A stretch of DNA of 23,220 nt from a virus. Taxonomy: Duplodnaviria; Heunggongvirae; Uroviricota; Caudoviricetes. A program made the position numbers and the translations under genes. Shown piece after piece: positions 1-8,162 of the stretch. Positions within the stretch are counted from its first letter, which is position 1, and each line of letters opens with the position of its first letter. The stretch covers positions 89,802 through 113,021 of IMG/VR virus record IMGVR_UViG_2582581315_000004; one strand, 5' to 3'. Below the pieces are notes generated by a model. That model worked only from the letters and a program-made list of their open reading frames with translations, did no database searches and was not told where the DNA came from.

Positions 1-1
1 T

Positions 2-1870
2 TATAACGAGACGCTTGGCTACGGCCGCTTCACCAACGGTCCGGTAAATCTCACGCAGATGAACCTTGACGAGGTACTTGCACTTCAGAGCAAGATGCTT
101 GATCAAACCAGGGCGCTTCCTTCAACTGATCCTCTCTACAATTCCTCCGCGGTCGGCCGCTACCAGATCACCAGCGAAACGCTGCGCGATATGATGAAGC
201 AGTTGAACCTCTCTGGAGACACTGTCTTCAATCAGGAAACGCAGGACAGGATTGCGCAGCAGATCATTCGCTCGACCGGCGGTGACGCATCGAAACTGCG
301 CGGTCGGTGGCCAAGTCTCAACAACACCCCCAACGATGTTGTCGACGCAGCTTCGAAGCAGACCTTGACAAACCTTCCGCGCATGGACGTGTCCACGCAA
401 AAGTGGATCGACGGCCTGAAGGATCTCGACCTCCAAGGGAAGGTGAAGTCGCTGAACGAGTTCGACCAGCAGGTCCTTCAGACCGGCCAGTCGATGGGCA
501 CGACCAAGGAGGAGATGCTCCAGTACATCGCGGCCGTGACATCCGGTGACATCGACAAGATCCCGGATAAATTCAAGGTCATCCAAGATAGCCTGAAGAT
601 GGGCATCGACAACGGATTTGGGCGGCAGCTCAAGGATCTCCGCGATTCCGGAGGCCAGAAGATTCTTACGGATCTTCAGCAGCAGGTTATCCAGACCGCA
701 AAGTCCTTTGGCGCGACGGAGCCCGAGATAAAGGCTTACGTCCAGGCACTGACGGACGGGCGACTGGATCAAATTCCGGATAAATTCAAGAAGATACAGG
801 ACGCTCTTCAGATCGGGATTGATAGTGAGTTTTCGAAGCAGCTGAAGCAGCTCTCAGACAATGAGTCTATTAAATTCCTATCTGATCTTCAGCAGAAGGT
901 CGTCGAAACTGCTCGTCAGTTTGGGCTCTCCGAGCCGGAGATCCGGGCTTATGTGGCCGCCGTCTCAGACAACCGCCTGGATCAGGTTCCAGCCAAATTC
1001 CAGGCGATAACTGATCAGCTCCAGAAGACTGCCGAAAATGACCATTTGATTCAATTCACCGACGGCCTCGCGGACTCAATCGGCAGCCTGTTCACTGATA
1101 TGGCAAATGGCGACGATGCTTTCGGCAATCTCATCAAGAACCTTGAGAAGTTGGTTGTCCAAATTCTGATAGTCGAGCCAATCGTCGCGAGCCTCAAGGC
1201 AAGCTTCCGGAATCTCGCAGGAGGAGTCAGCAGCAGCGCTGGTTTCGATATTGGCGCGACGAGCACCAGCTCCGGTGGGATCATCAGCTCTATTTTCGGC
1301 AGCAAGGGCCTCTTCGGCGGCATCCTTGGCCTGGCCGATGGTGGACCGTCTGACATCGTGGATCAGAAGGCTGGGGCTGTACGCGGACCTGGCGGCCCGC
1401 GCTCCGACAAGAAGCTCGTCTATCTTTCGAACGGGGAATATGTCTTCGACGCGGAAGCCACCAAGAACGCCGGCGTCGAGCAGCTGCAAATGCTCCAGCA
1501 ATATCTGAAGCGTGGGAAGCTGAGCGATCTCCTTCGGCCGAAGTCACAGAAAATGGCTGATGGTGGAGCTGTTCAAGGGGGTGGGGGGACTGTACCGTCA
1601 TCGCAATATCTTCCTGGAAATCAGAAAATGGTGGCGGCGAACGGCAACAATATGGCCTCGTCGCTTGCTCGTGCACCGCGGGCCAAGGCAGCAGACAACC
1701 TCCACATTTCGTTCGAAACGAAGGTCTCTGAGGATGGCACGCTGCAAACTTACGTCGCCGGTGTGGCAAGAACTGAGAGTGCGTCCAGCGTCAAGTCGGG
1801 AATTTCCCAGTATGACCGCACGCTGCCGGACCGAATGGATCAGATCAAGCGTTCACCAAAGAAACGTTAG
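2..1870 (+). CDS. Tail tape measure protein, C-terminal part (5'-truncated by the window), with a lysozyme-like domain
   Basis: The frame is open from base 2 (YNETLGYGRFTNGPVNLTQM...), so the ATG at 59 is internal. It contains a lysozyme-like SSAVGRYQI..TL...F...TQD motif and the typical tape-measure C-terminal GPGGPRSD...LSNGEYV..A.A motif, and lies directly upstream of the tail-tip genes. Confidence 0.88.
   Translation, partial: YNETLGYGRFTNGPVNLTQMNLDEVLALQSKMLDQTRALPSTDPLYNSSAVGRYQITSETLRDMMKQLNLSGDTVFNQETQDRIAQQIIRSTGGDASKLRGRWPSLNNTPNDVVDAASKQTLTNLPRMDVSTQKWIDGLKDLDLQGKVKSLNEFDQQVLQTGQSMGTTKEEMLQYIAAVTSGDIDKIPDKFKVIQDSLKMGIDNGFGRQLKDLRDSGGQKILTDLQQQVIQTAKSFGATEPEIKAYVQALTDGRLDQIPDKFKKIQDALQIGIDSEFSKQLKQLSDNESIKFLSDLQQKVVETARQFGLSEPEIRAYVAAVSDNRLDQVPAKFQAITDQLQKTAENDHLIQFTDGLADSIGSLFTDMANGDDAFGNLIKNLEKLVVQILIVEPIVASLKASFRNLAGGVSSSAGFDIGATSTSSGGIISSIFGSKGLFGGILGLADGGPSDIVDQKAGAVRGPGGPRSDKKLVYLSNGEYVFDAEATKNAGVEQLQMLQQYLKRGKLSDLLRPKSQKMADGGAVQGGGGTVPSSQYLPGNQKMVAANGNNMASSLARAPRAKAADNLHISFETKVSEDGTLQTYVAGVARTESASSVKSGISQYDRTLPDRMDQIKRSPKKR
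467..1030 (+). repeat. About 2.6 tandem copies of a 213-bp (71-aa) repeat inside the tape measure gene
   Basis: QQVLQT/QQVIQT/QKVVET start at 467/680/893. PDKF/PDKF/PAKF codons fall at 563/776/989. gatcttcagcag occurs at 671 and 884. All spacings are 213. Confidence 0.92.
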
Positions 1871-1910
1871 CGAGATCTCTTATGCAAATCTCATTAGGGA
1901 TTGAAATCAA

Positions 1911-2564
1911 GTGACAATCTCATATCCATACCCGCTTCCTTACTTCGCCGATGTGCTGAAGATCGACAGTGTCATCTGGGATATTCAGCGCAACGATCAA
2001 TCATCGGGGAGCGGGGATGGCCGCATTTGGACGGCGGAGTTGGCGCCAGCGCTTTGGCTGGCGACGATCAACATCGCACAGATGGATTCCGACAGCGCCA
2101 AGCAGGTGGCCGCGAAGATCAGAAAGCTTCAAGGATCGCGCCAGCAATTCTTTCTCTCCGATCCCCTCAGCAAATACCCTCAGGCGGATAGGGACGGCTC
2201 TCTGCTTGCCGGGCATACTGTCGTGATCAATGCGATCACAGATAATGGCACCATCCGGCTCGGCGGGCTGCCGGCGGGTTACGTCCTGACCGTCGGCGAC
2301 AAGCTGTCATTCTCTTACAGCAGCAATCCAACGCGATATGCATTTCACGAAGTGTCGGAGACGGTCGTAGCCTCGTCAGGCGGGATCACGCCCGACATGG
2401 GAATCTTCCCAAACCTTCCCGCGGGCATCACCACCGGGATCGTGATCACACTGATCAAGCCGGCGTGCAAATGCATATTGTTTCCCGGTAGCCATAACCC
2501 AGGGACGACAGGCAAAGACCACACGACAAGCGGCGCCGCGTTCAAGGCCATCCAGAAAAAGTAA
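1911..2564 (+). CDS. Phage tail protein (probable distal-tail/Dit-like)
   Basis: 217-aa ORF with a GTG start and AGGGG upstream, immediately after the tape measure gene. The function is positional inference. Confidence 0.7.
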   Translation: MTISYPYPLPYFADVLKIDSVIWDIQRNDQSSGSGDGRIWTAELAPALWLATINIAQMDSDSAKQVAAKIRKLQGSRQQFFLSDPLSKYPQADRDGSLLAGHTVVINAITDNGTIRLGGLPAGYVLTVGDKLSFSYSSNPTRYAFHEVSETVVASSGGITPDMGIFPNLPAGITTGIVITLIKPACKCILFPGSHNPGTTGKDHTTSGAAFKAIQKK

Positions 2565-2605
2565 CCTCGACATTATCCCTGCGCGGCAGGGCAGGGTGCA
2601 TCATC

Positions 2606-3229
2606 ATGAAGAGTATCGACGGGAATTTCTTCTCGGCGCTCACGGCATCGCGCGATCAAGGCATCATGCCGCGCCAGTTTATCTGGATCACGGCGAAGGA
2701 ATTGAATTCCACTGTCCCGGTGACGTTTGGCATCTGGACCGGCGATGATGACATTTCGATTTCCGTGGTCAGCGGCACGACGGGCTTGCCCGAAGCGAGA
2801 CTCTACTACGGAGCTCTCAACCTCACCATCAGCGACATGCCACGGGTCTCCGACATGACGGCACAATCGATCAGCCTGGAGATGAGCCAGGTTGCCGACG
2901 TCACGCAATTGATTGCACGCGGTTATGACATTCGTTTGGCGAAAGTCGAGATCCACGAGATGACCCTCGATACAGCAACTGGCCAATTGTCGGCTTCCCC
3001 TCAACTCGCGTTTCTGGGCCAAGTCGACACCGCTCCGATTGAGACCCCCGCCGCTGGCCAGGACGGCAAGATCACGTTGAATGTCATCTCTGACGCGATC
3101 TCCATGCTCAACCGAACAAACCCGCAGAAGAGCTCATACGAAGGGCAGAAGCGGCGCGCCAACGACCAGTGGGGCAAATACGCCAGCACCGTCGCCAATT
3201 GGTCAATTCCGTGGGGGCAGAACGCATAA
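2606..3229 (+). CDS. Phage minor tail protein (gpL/DUF2163-like)
   Basis: 207 aa, ending in a ...SSYEGQKRRANDQWGKY...WG motif typical of this position. Its stop overlaps the next start (TAATG). Confidence 0.65.
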   Translation: MKSIDGNFFSALTASRDQGIMPRQFIWITAKELNSTVPVTFGIWTGDDDISISVVSGTTGLPEARLYYGALNLTISDMPRVSDMTAQSISLEMSQVADVTQLIARGYDIRLAKVEIHEMTLDTATGQLSASPQLAFLGQVDTAPIETPAAGQDGKITLNVISDAISMLNRTNPQKSSYEGQKRRANDQWGKYASTVANWSIPWGQNA

Positions 3230-3654
3230 TGATCGAGCTCTCGAGACTACCGGATTGGCGGCGCCGATTTGCCGAAGAGGTCGATCACTTGCGTCGCACA
3301 CCGTTTGATTGGGATGGGCATGATTGCGTCGTCGGATTGGCTGGCAACATGGCGCTGGCGATCACGGGCACGGATTGCGCTGAGCAGTATCGCGGCGCGT
3401 ATTCGACGGCCGCCGGCGCTCTCAAGGTGATGCGCAAAGCTGGCTTCGAAAATGTGGCCGACATGGTCGCTAGCATGCTTCCGGAAATACACCCCTCTAC
3501 CGCCCATGTCGGCGATATCGCCGCCATTCCGATGGATTCTCCGTTTGGTTTCGCCCTCGGTGTGGTGAACGGCGAACGCATATTCGTTCTCATGCCAAGC
3601 GGTATTGGAACCGTCGATCTGCTCGACGCGACCAGGGCCTTTAAGGTCGGATAA
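3229..3654 (+). CDS. NlpC/P60-like tail assembly protein (gpK-like)
   Basis: PFDWDGHDC motif and GDIA motif. Start reassigned to ATG 3229, which is coupled to the upstream TAA. Confidence 0.75.
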   Translation: MIELSRLPDWRRRFAEEVDHLRRTPFDWDGHDCVVGLAGNMALAITGTDCAEQYRGAYSTAAGALKVMRKAGFENVADMVASMLPEIHPSTAHVGDIAAIPMDSPFGFALGVVNGERIFVLMPSGIGTVDLLDATRAFKVG

Positions 3655-6348
3655 ATGAACTTCAAAAAACTGCTGCTTGCCACGACTGCGTTGTTTGCGG
3701 CGTCGACTTCGGCTGCCCATGCGGAACCAGTTACGATTGCCCTTTTCGGCGCGGCGTTCGCTGCGACAACGGCCGGCTCACTGGTATCGATTGGTTTCGG
3801 TCTTGCGATCACTTATGGCCTTTCGCTTCTCCAAAAGGCTTCATCGAGTAGCTCCGCATCTCAGGGCGGCACGCAAGTCGACGTCCAGATGGGTGATGAC
3901 AAACCCATCAGCTTCATCGCCGGCAAATTCGCCACGGCCGGTAAGCGCAAATATAGCGGCACCTGGGGTGACGGGGGGAAGACGCCGAACGCCTTCTTTG
4001 TCGACGTCATCGAAATTGGGAGCATTCCGAATAACGCCGGATCGGCGGGGATCACCAGTGTCTGGATCGATGATCAGTTGTGCGGTGTCCGTTGGGATGA
4101 ACCTCACCCTGACGGCCGCGGTTATCCGGTGGTCGAATATCGCGAAAGTGACGGGAAGGATCATCTTTGGCTCAAATTCCTTGATGGCAGGCAGACTTCG
4201 GTCGACCCATATTTGACCAGCAAGTTCGGCACGAACGCTGATCGCCCCTGGACAGGCGACATGGTCGGCTTTGGGTGCCAGGTCGTGATTTTGACCGCGC
4301 GCTACGACACCGATCTTTTCAGCGGCATCCCGCAGGGGCTCTACGAACCTCACTCGGTTCCGCTTTACGATGTCCGGAAGGACTCTTCCAACGGCGGCAG
4401 CGGTACTCATCGGTGGACCGATCCGGCGAGCTGGGAGCCTACGCAAAATCCAGCCGTGATAATGTACAACATCATTCGCGGCATCTATTACAATGGCGAG
4501 TGGGTTTACGGCGGCCAGAACCTCGCAGCGTTCCGCCTTCCTCCATCGAGTTGGATGGCTGCCGCCAACGCCTGCGATGCGCTTGTAACATTGGCCGACG
4601 GCTCTCAGGAGCCGGCATATCGGGCCGGCTACGAGTTCCATGGCGATGAGAAACCCGCCGACGCCGTCGAGAAGTTGCGCGCAGCCTGCAATGGGCGCCT
4701 TGCCGAAGTCGGAGGCATCTTCAAGCTTTTGGTCGGTGCACCGGGCGGCGCCGTCTATGGGTTCACCGATCAGGACATCATCGTCACTGAATCGCAGAGT
4801 CTCGCTCCATTCCCGACGCTCGACGACACCGTCAATGCGATCGAGGCAACCTATCCTGAGCCGGCCGAGAAATGGGCATCTAAAGACGCTCCTGGTCGAT
4901 ATTCGGATGTCCTTGAGGCTGAGGATGGGGGCCGCCGCCTGCCGGCCAGCGTGAGCTTCGAGGCGGCGCCGTTTGGCAATCAGGTGCAGCGCCTGATGAC
5001 CGCGATGGTGCAGGAAGAGCGCCGCTTCCGCATTCATCAGTTCTATCTGCCGCCGGACGCCTATGCGCTTGAGCCGAACGATGTCGTCACGTGGAGCTCA
5101 GACCAAAATGGGTACACGAACAAGAAATTTCTTGTCACGAATATTACTGGCCAGCGCACCTTCAACCAGCTCGTCTCGCTAAAGGAAATCGATCCTTCAG
5201 ACTACGACTGGAACAGCAGCATGCAGCTGCCCACGTCGATCGGCTGGATCGGGCCAATTACAGCGCCGTCGCAGCCGTTATATGGCTGGACGGTAGAGCC
5301 GGCCGCAATCAACAGTAGCGACGGATCGCCATGGCGGCCATCAATCAAGGTCAGCTGCGCTCCTGACCAGGACGACGTGAGCAATGTGTGGGTGCAAGTG
5401 CGCCTCGCAGCGACAGGCGATATCGTCTTCGACAGCGACGCGACGCGATATGAATCGCCTTATAGCTGGATCATCAATGCCAGCTTCAAATCGAACACGA
5501 ACTATCAGGCCCGCGGCAAGTTCATACCGATCAGTAGCCGTTCCACCGACTGGTCGGAATGGCTACCCGTAACTACGCCGACGGTCTTGATCGGTGCGGA
5601 CGAGATCTATCTCGACGGCGTTGTCAGTGAGCTGCAGAATTTCGTCTCTGACGCAACCGTCTGGATCCGCGACGGCACTCGACAGTCGCTCATGGACGCA
5701 CAGCGCCTCGCTCGGCTTGGTCAAGACCAAGACATGGGCAACTTCACGGACCGCCAGCAGATGCGCCGGGAGCTTGCCAGTGTGACGGCGCAGATTACTG
5801 CCAGTTACATCGAGACCATTACCGTCGCAACAGGCCCAAACTCAGCCATAGTCCAGCGTCTGGAAGAACTTTCAGCGACTATTCCCAACTTGGCAACCGT
5901 TGCTGCGCTCAATCTGTTGTCGGCACATGTCGACACAGTTGAAGGTGAAGTCCAGGCAAATGCCGACGCCATCACGTCGCTGACCGCTCAAGTTGGCGAT
6001 GTGAGCGCAAGTGCAAATTTCAGGATGAGCGTCTATGCCGCCCCTTCTGGATATAGCTCACGCATCGGCATGGAAGCGCGAGGGGGTAGTGCTGGGGCCT
6101 ATCGGTCAGCGTCTTTGTTTATTGACGTCCCAAGCAGCACGAGTGACCCCACTCGCGTATCGATCAATGCTGACCAGTTCTCCATTACAAATGGTGGCAG
6201 CGAGGGGCAGCCGTTTATCTTTCAGAGCGGTGTGCTGACCTTGAATGCGGCGAATATCGGCACGGTAACGGCCGGTCTGATCAATGGTGGCGCCGGCTCA
6301 AAGATGGTTATCGACATCACAAACGGCGTCCTCACGGTCTCGGACTGA
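3655..6348 (+). CDS. Tail tip hub / host-specificity protein (gpJ-like)
   Basis: 897 aa. It has NPA.IMYNIIRG, W.AAANACD and LRAACNGRL..VGG motifs, a late coiled-coil segment and a C-terminal INADQF..F beta-rich region typical of J-like proteins. Confidence 0.85.
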   Translation: MNFKKLLLATTALFAASTSAAHAEPVTIALFGAAFAATTAGSLVSIGFGLAITYGLSLLQKASSSSSASQGGTQVDVQMGDDKPISFIAGKFATAGKRKYSGTWGDGGKTPNAFFVDVIEIGSIPNNAGSAGITSVWIDDQLCGVRWDEPHPDGRGYPVVEYRESDGKDHLWLKFLDGRQTSVDPYLTSKFGTNADRPWTGDMVGFGCQVVILTARYDTDLFSGIPQGLYEPHSVPLYDVRKDSSNGGSGTHRWTDPASWEPTQNPAVIMYNIIRGIYYNGEWVYGGQNLAAFRLPPSSWMAAANACDALVTLADGSQEPAYRAGYEFHGDEKPADAVEKLRAACNGRLAEVGGIFKLLVGAPGGAVYGFTDQDIIVTESQSLAPFPTLDDTVNAIEATYPEPAEKWASKDAPGRYSDVLEAEDGGRRLPASVSFEAAPFGNQVQRLMTAMVQEERRFRIHQFYLPPDAYALEPNDVVTWSSDQNGYTNKKFLVTNITGQRTFNQLVSLKEIDPSDYDWNSSMQLPTSIGWIGPITAPSQPLYGWTVEPAAINSSDGSPWRPSIKVSCAPDQDDVSNVWVQVRLAATGDIVFDSDATRYESPYSWIINASFKSNTNYQARGKFIPISSRSTDWSEWLPVTTPTVLIGADEIYLDGVVSELQNFVSDATVWIRDGTRQSLMDAQRLARLGQDQDMGNFTDRQQMRRELASVTAQITASYIETITVATGPNSAIVQRLEELSATIPNLATVAALNLLSAHVDTVEGEVQANADAITSLTAQVGDVSASANFRMSVYAAPSGYSSRIGMEARGGSAGAYRSASLFIDVPSSTSDPTRVSINADQFSITNGGSEGQPFIFQSGVLTLNAANIGTVTAGLINGGAGSKMVIDITNGVLTVSD

Positions 6349-6358
6349 GGAGAGTGAA

Positions 6359-6757
6359 ATGGTAGCTCGCCTGATAATGCAGCCCGGAAGAATTATTGTC
6401 TCCAGGGCCGGGTTCTCCGTCTCTACCGGCATGCCGGATAGCCAGAAACTGTTTGATTCTGATTGGAACTGGAGCGGAGTTCTGCTTGAGGCCGGTGTCG
6501 TTGTCGACCCCGGAGGCGGCGATATGGTCATCCCATTCACCCGCAATTATGGCTACGTTCCGGCAGTCATCGCCAGGCAATTGGCGGCAAGTGCCTATTC
6601 GGTTCCATGGAGCGGATATCAGGTGGTCACGCCGGGGTATGAAACCAATGCCACGCCCAATCTTCCCGGCCAGATATATAGCGACAGAATTGTCCTGCCG
6701 AGGACCAGCGGCGTCAGCTACGGAACAGTCGAATACGAAGTCTTTGGGCTTGATTGA
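6359..6757 (+). CDS. Small tail-associated protein (paralog A)
   Basis: ATG 6359 with GAGGAG upstream; 132 aa; its TGA overlaps the next ATG. Confidence 0.7.
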   Translation: MVARLIMQPGRIIVSRAGFSVSTGMPDSQKLFDSDWNWSGVLLEAGVVVDPGGGDMVIPFTRNYGYVPAVIARQLAASAYSVPWSGYQVVTPGYETNATPNLPGQIYSDRIVLPRTSGVSYGTVEYEVFGLD

Positions 6758-7236
6758 TGGTTGAAAGAATAAAGATCGGGAGGCACCCGGTATTAAATGA
6801 CTACGGCATATTCATCAGCAAGCCGGGTGTCGATGTCAACAATATAACGACGAACTTCCTTCTCGATAGCCGGTTTCGGACGCTGGGCATTCATGCCTTT
6901 GGACAGCAGTCTATGACCAGATCCACGGCAATTTCCGGCGTTACAATCTGGTATGCTGACGCAACATTTCCAGATCTCGGCTATCGGCCTATGTGGTATG
7001 GAAATATCAAATATGACTCCGCTAACTCAGCAGGCTTGCCGGTCAACAGCGCTGGATTCCCTTTGTCTGTCTGTGCGAGCTATGGCCAGCTCGGCAGTGG
7101 CGGTGAAAGGTTTATCGAGAATGGCGTTTGGTGGGTAAGCAATACCCAGATTCGAGCACGCGCGGTCATGAATGTAGGCGGATCCTCAGGCTCTATGACT
7201 TTCACGTGGATCGTTTTTAGAAACAGGTATGCGTGA
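6757..7236 (+). CDS. Small tail-associated protein (paralog B)
   Basis: TGATG coupling at 6755-6759; ISKPGVDV...LLDSRF motif. Confidence 0.7.
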   Translation: MVERIKIGRHPVLNDYGIFISKPGVDVNNITTNFLLDSRFRTLGIHAFGQQSMTRSTAISGVTIWYADATFPDLGYRPMWYGNIKYDSANSAGLPVNSAGFPLSVCASYGQLGSGGERFIENGVWWVSNTQIRARAVMNVGGSSGSMTFTWIVFRNRYA

Positions 7237-7620
7237 ATGAGTACCAGAAGAGTCTTCTTGGGAAATAGCGGCGGCAACTTTGTGTTTCGATCCGCGCCTC
7301 CAGGCTTCGATGTCATCACAAGTGATGCTGCCTTTTTGTCGATCTATGAGGGGCTAATTCCATGCGTCCCCAAGGCCTCAGGCGTCGTTGCCGTTCCATA
7401 TAGCTCGAGCCTGAGCGCAAGCACGACAGTAAACATTCCGTCTCAGGTGTTTTCGTATCCGCCGTTTATTCTCATCAAAAGCATGGACGGTGTGCTCCCA
7501 GGCCAGGGCTCCGTTGGTGGCTGGTTTGTCGCCGGCGCAACGCCGCGCTTGCAGATCTTCAATAGGTGTCTGCCGGCGATTACGCGCACCATCAAATGGT
7601 GGGCATTCGCCGAACTCTAA
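7237..7620 (+). CDS. Small tail-associated protein (paralog C)
   Basis: Abuts the previous stop (TGA ATG); RRVFLG...SAPPGFDV motif. Confidence 0.7.
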   Translation: MSTRRVFLGNSGGNFVFRSAPPGFDVITSDAAFLSIYEGLIPCVPKASGVVAVPYSSSLSASTTVNIPSQVFSYPPFILIKSMDGVLPGQGSVGGWFVAGATPRLQIFNRCLPAITRTIKWWAFAEL

Positions 7621-7678
7621 TCGAAAAAGCGGCATGATTTTATAGCTGTGCTGCGACAGTTCTCATTGGATTGGATGC

Positions 7679-7927
7679 ATGGAAAAGAAACAGATTCCCG
7701 ATGGCGTTTTGATTGGCGAGCTTCGCGCCAGGCTCCAGTTTGCGGAAGAACGCAACTTGCTCTTGGCTACTGTTGCGAATGAGCTCGATGAAGAGCTGAA
7801 GGCGAATGAAGCGGCGCATGCTGCAGAAATGATCGAGCTAGCCAAGTCGCGAGATATGTATCGCGATGAATTGCTGGCCGCACAGCAAATGCTCGCACAA
7901 TACCCGAATACTCTGCCCGCGCCGTAA
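7679..7927 (+). CDS. Small coiled-coil hypothetical protein
   Basis: 82-aa helical, Glu/Ala/Leu-rich ORF co-oriented with the tail genes. Confidence 0.65.
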   Translation: MEKKQIPDGVLIGELRARLQFAEERNLLLATVANELDEELKANEAAHAAEMIELAKSRDMYRDELLAAQQMLAQYPNTLPAP

Positions 7928-8162
7928 GCTGGACAGGAAACTATCCCTTCGGCGAGGTCGCGCGGCAGAGCTGCGCACTTGCCGCTATCAATGAAACCAC
8001 CCCAGTCGGGGGAATGATCAGCTTGATGGTCGATGATCATCCGGACCGATCGCGCTCGCGCTTCAGGTGAAAGCCTGTCGGCCGCCTGCTGATGCGGCAC
8101 ATATCCGAAAACACGATCGACAAGCGCGATCCTTCGGAAATCACATATTTGGAGGTAAGCGA

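Noticed and set aside
122-772. 216-aa minus-strand ORF (likewise 3841-5037, 11614-12318, 14078-14833, 19531-20010, 20165-20992, 21994-22734)
   Set aside because: Antisense shadows of well-supported genes, expected in GC-rich DNA; no motifs or RBS.
467-1030. Regularly spaced repeats considered as CRISPR-like
   Set aside because: In-frame coding repeats with no unique spacers; no CRISPR array, tRNA or rRNA was recognised anywhere in the window.
2573-2592. CCCTGC-gcg-GCAGGG hairpin between tail genes
   Set aside because: Short, with no U-tract, and in the middle of the tail operon; insufficient for a terminator call.
8067-8162. Upstream extension of the tailspike ORF (similarly the extensions at 3169, 6284, 13317, 14924, 15378, 20064, 21780)
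   Set aside because: Downstream starts have better RBSs or stop/start coupling, and the extensions look non-coding.
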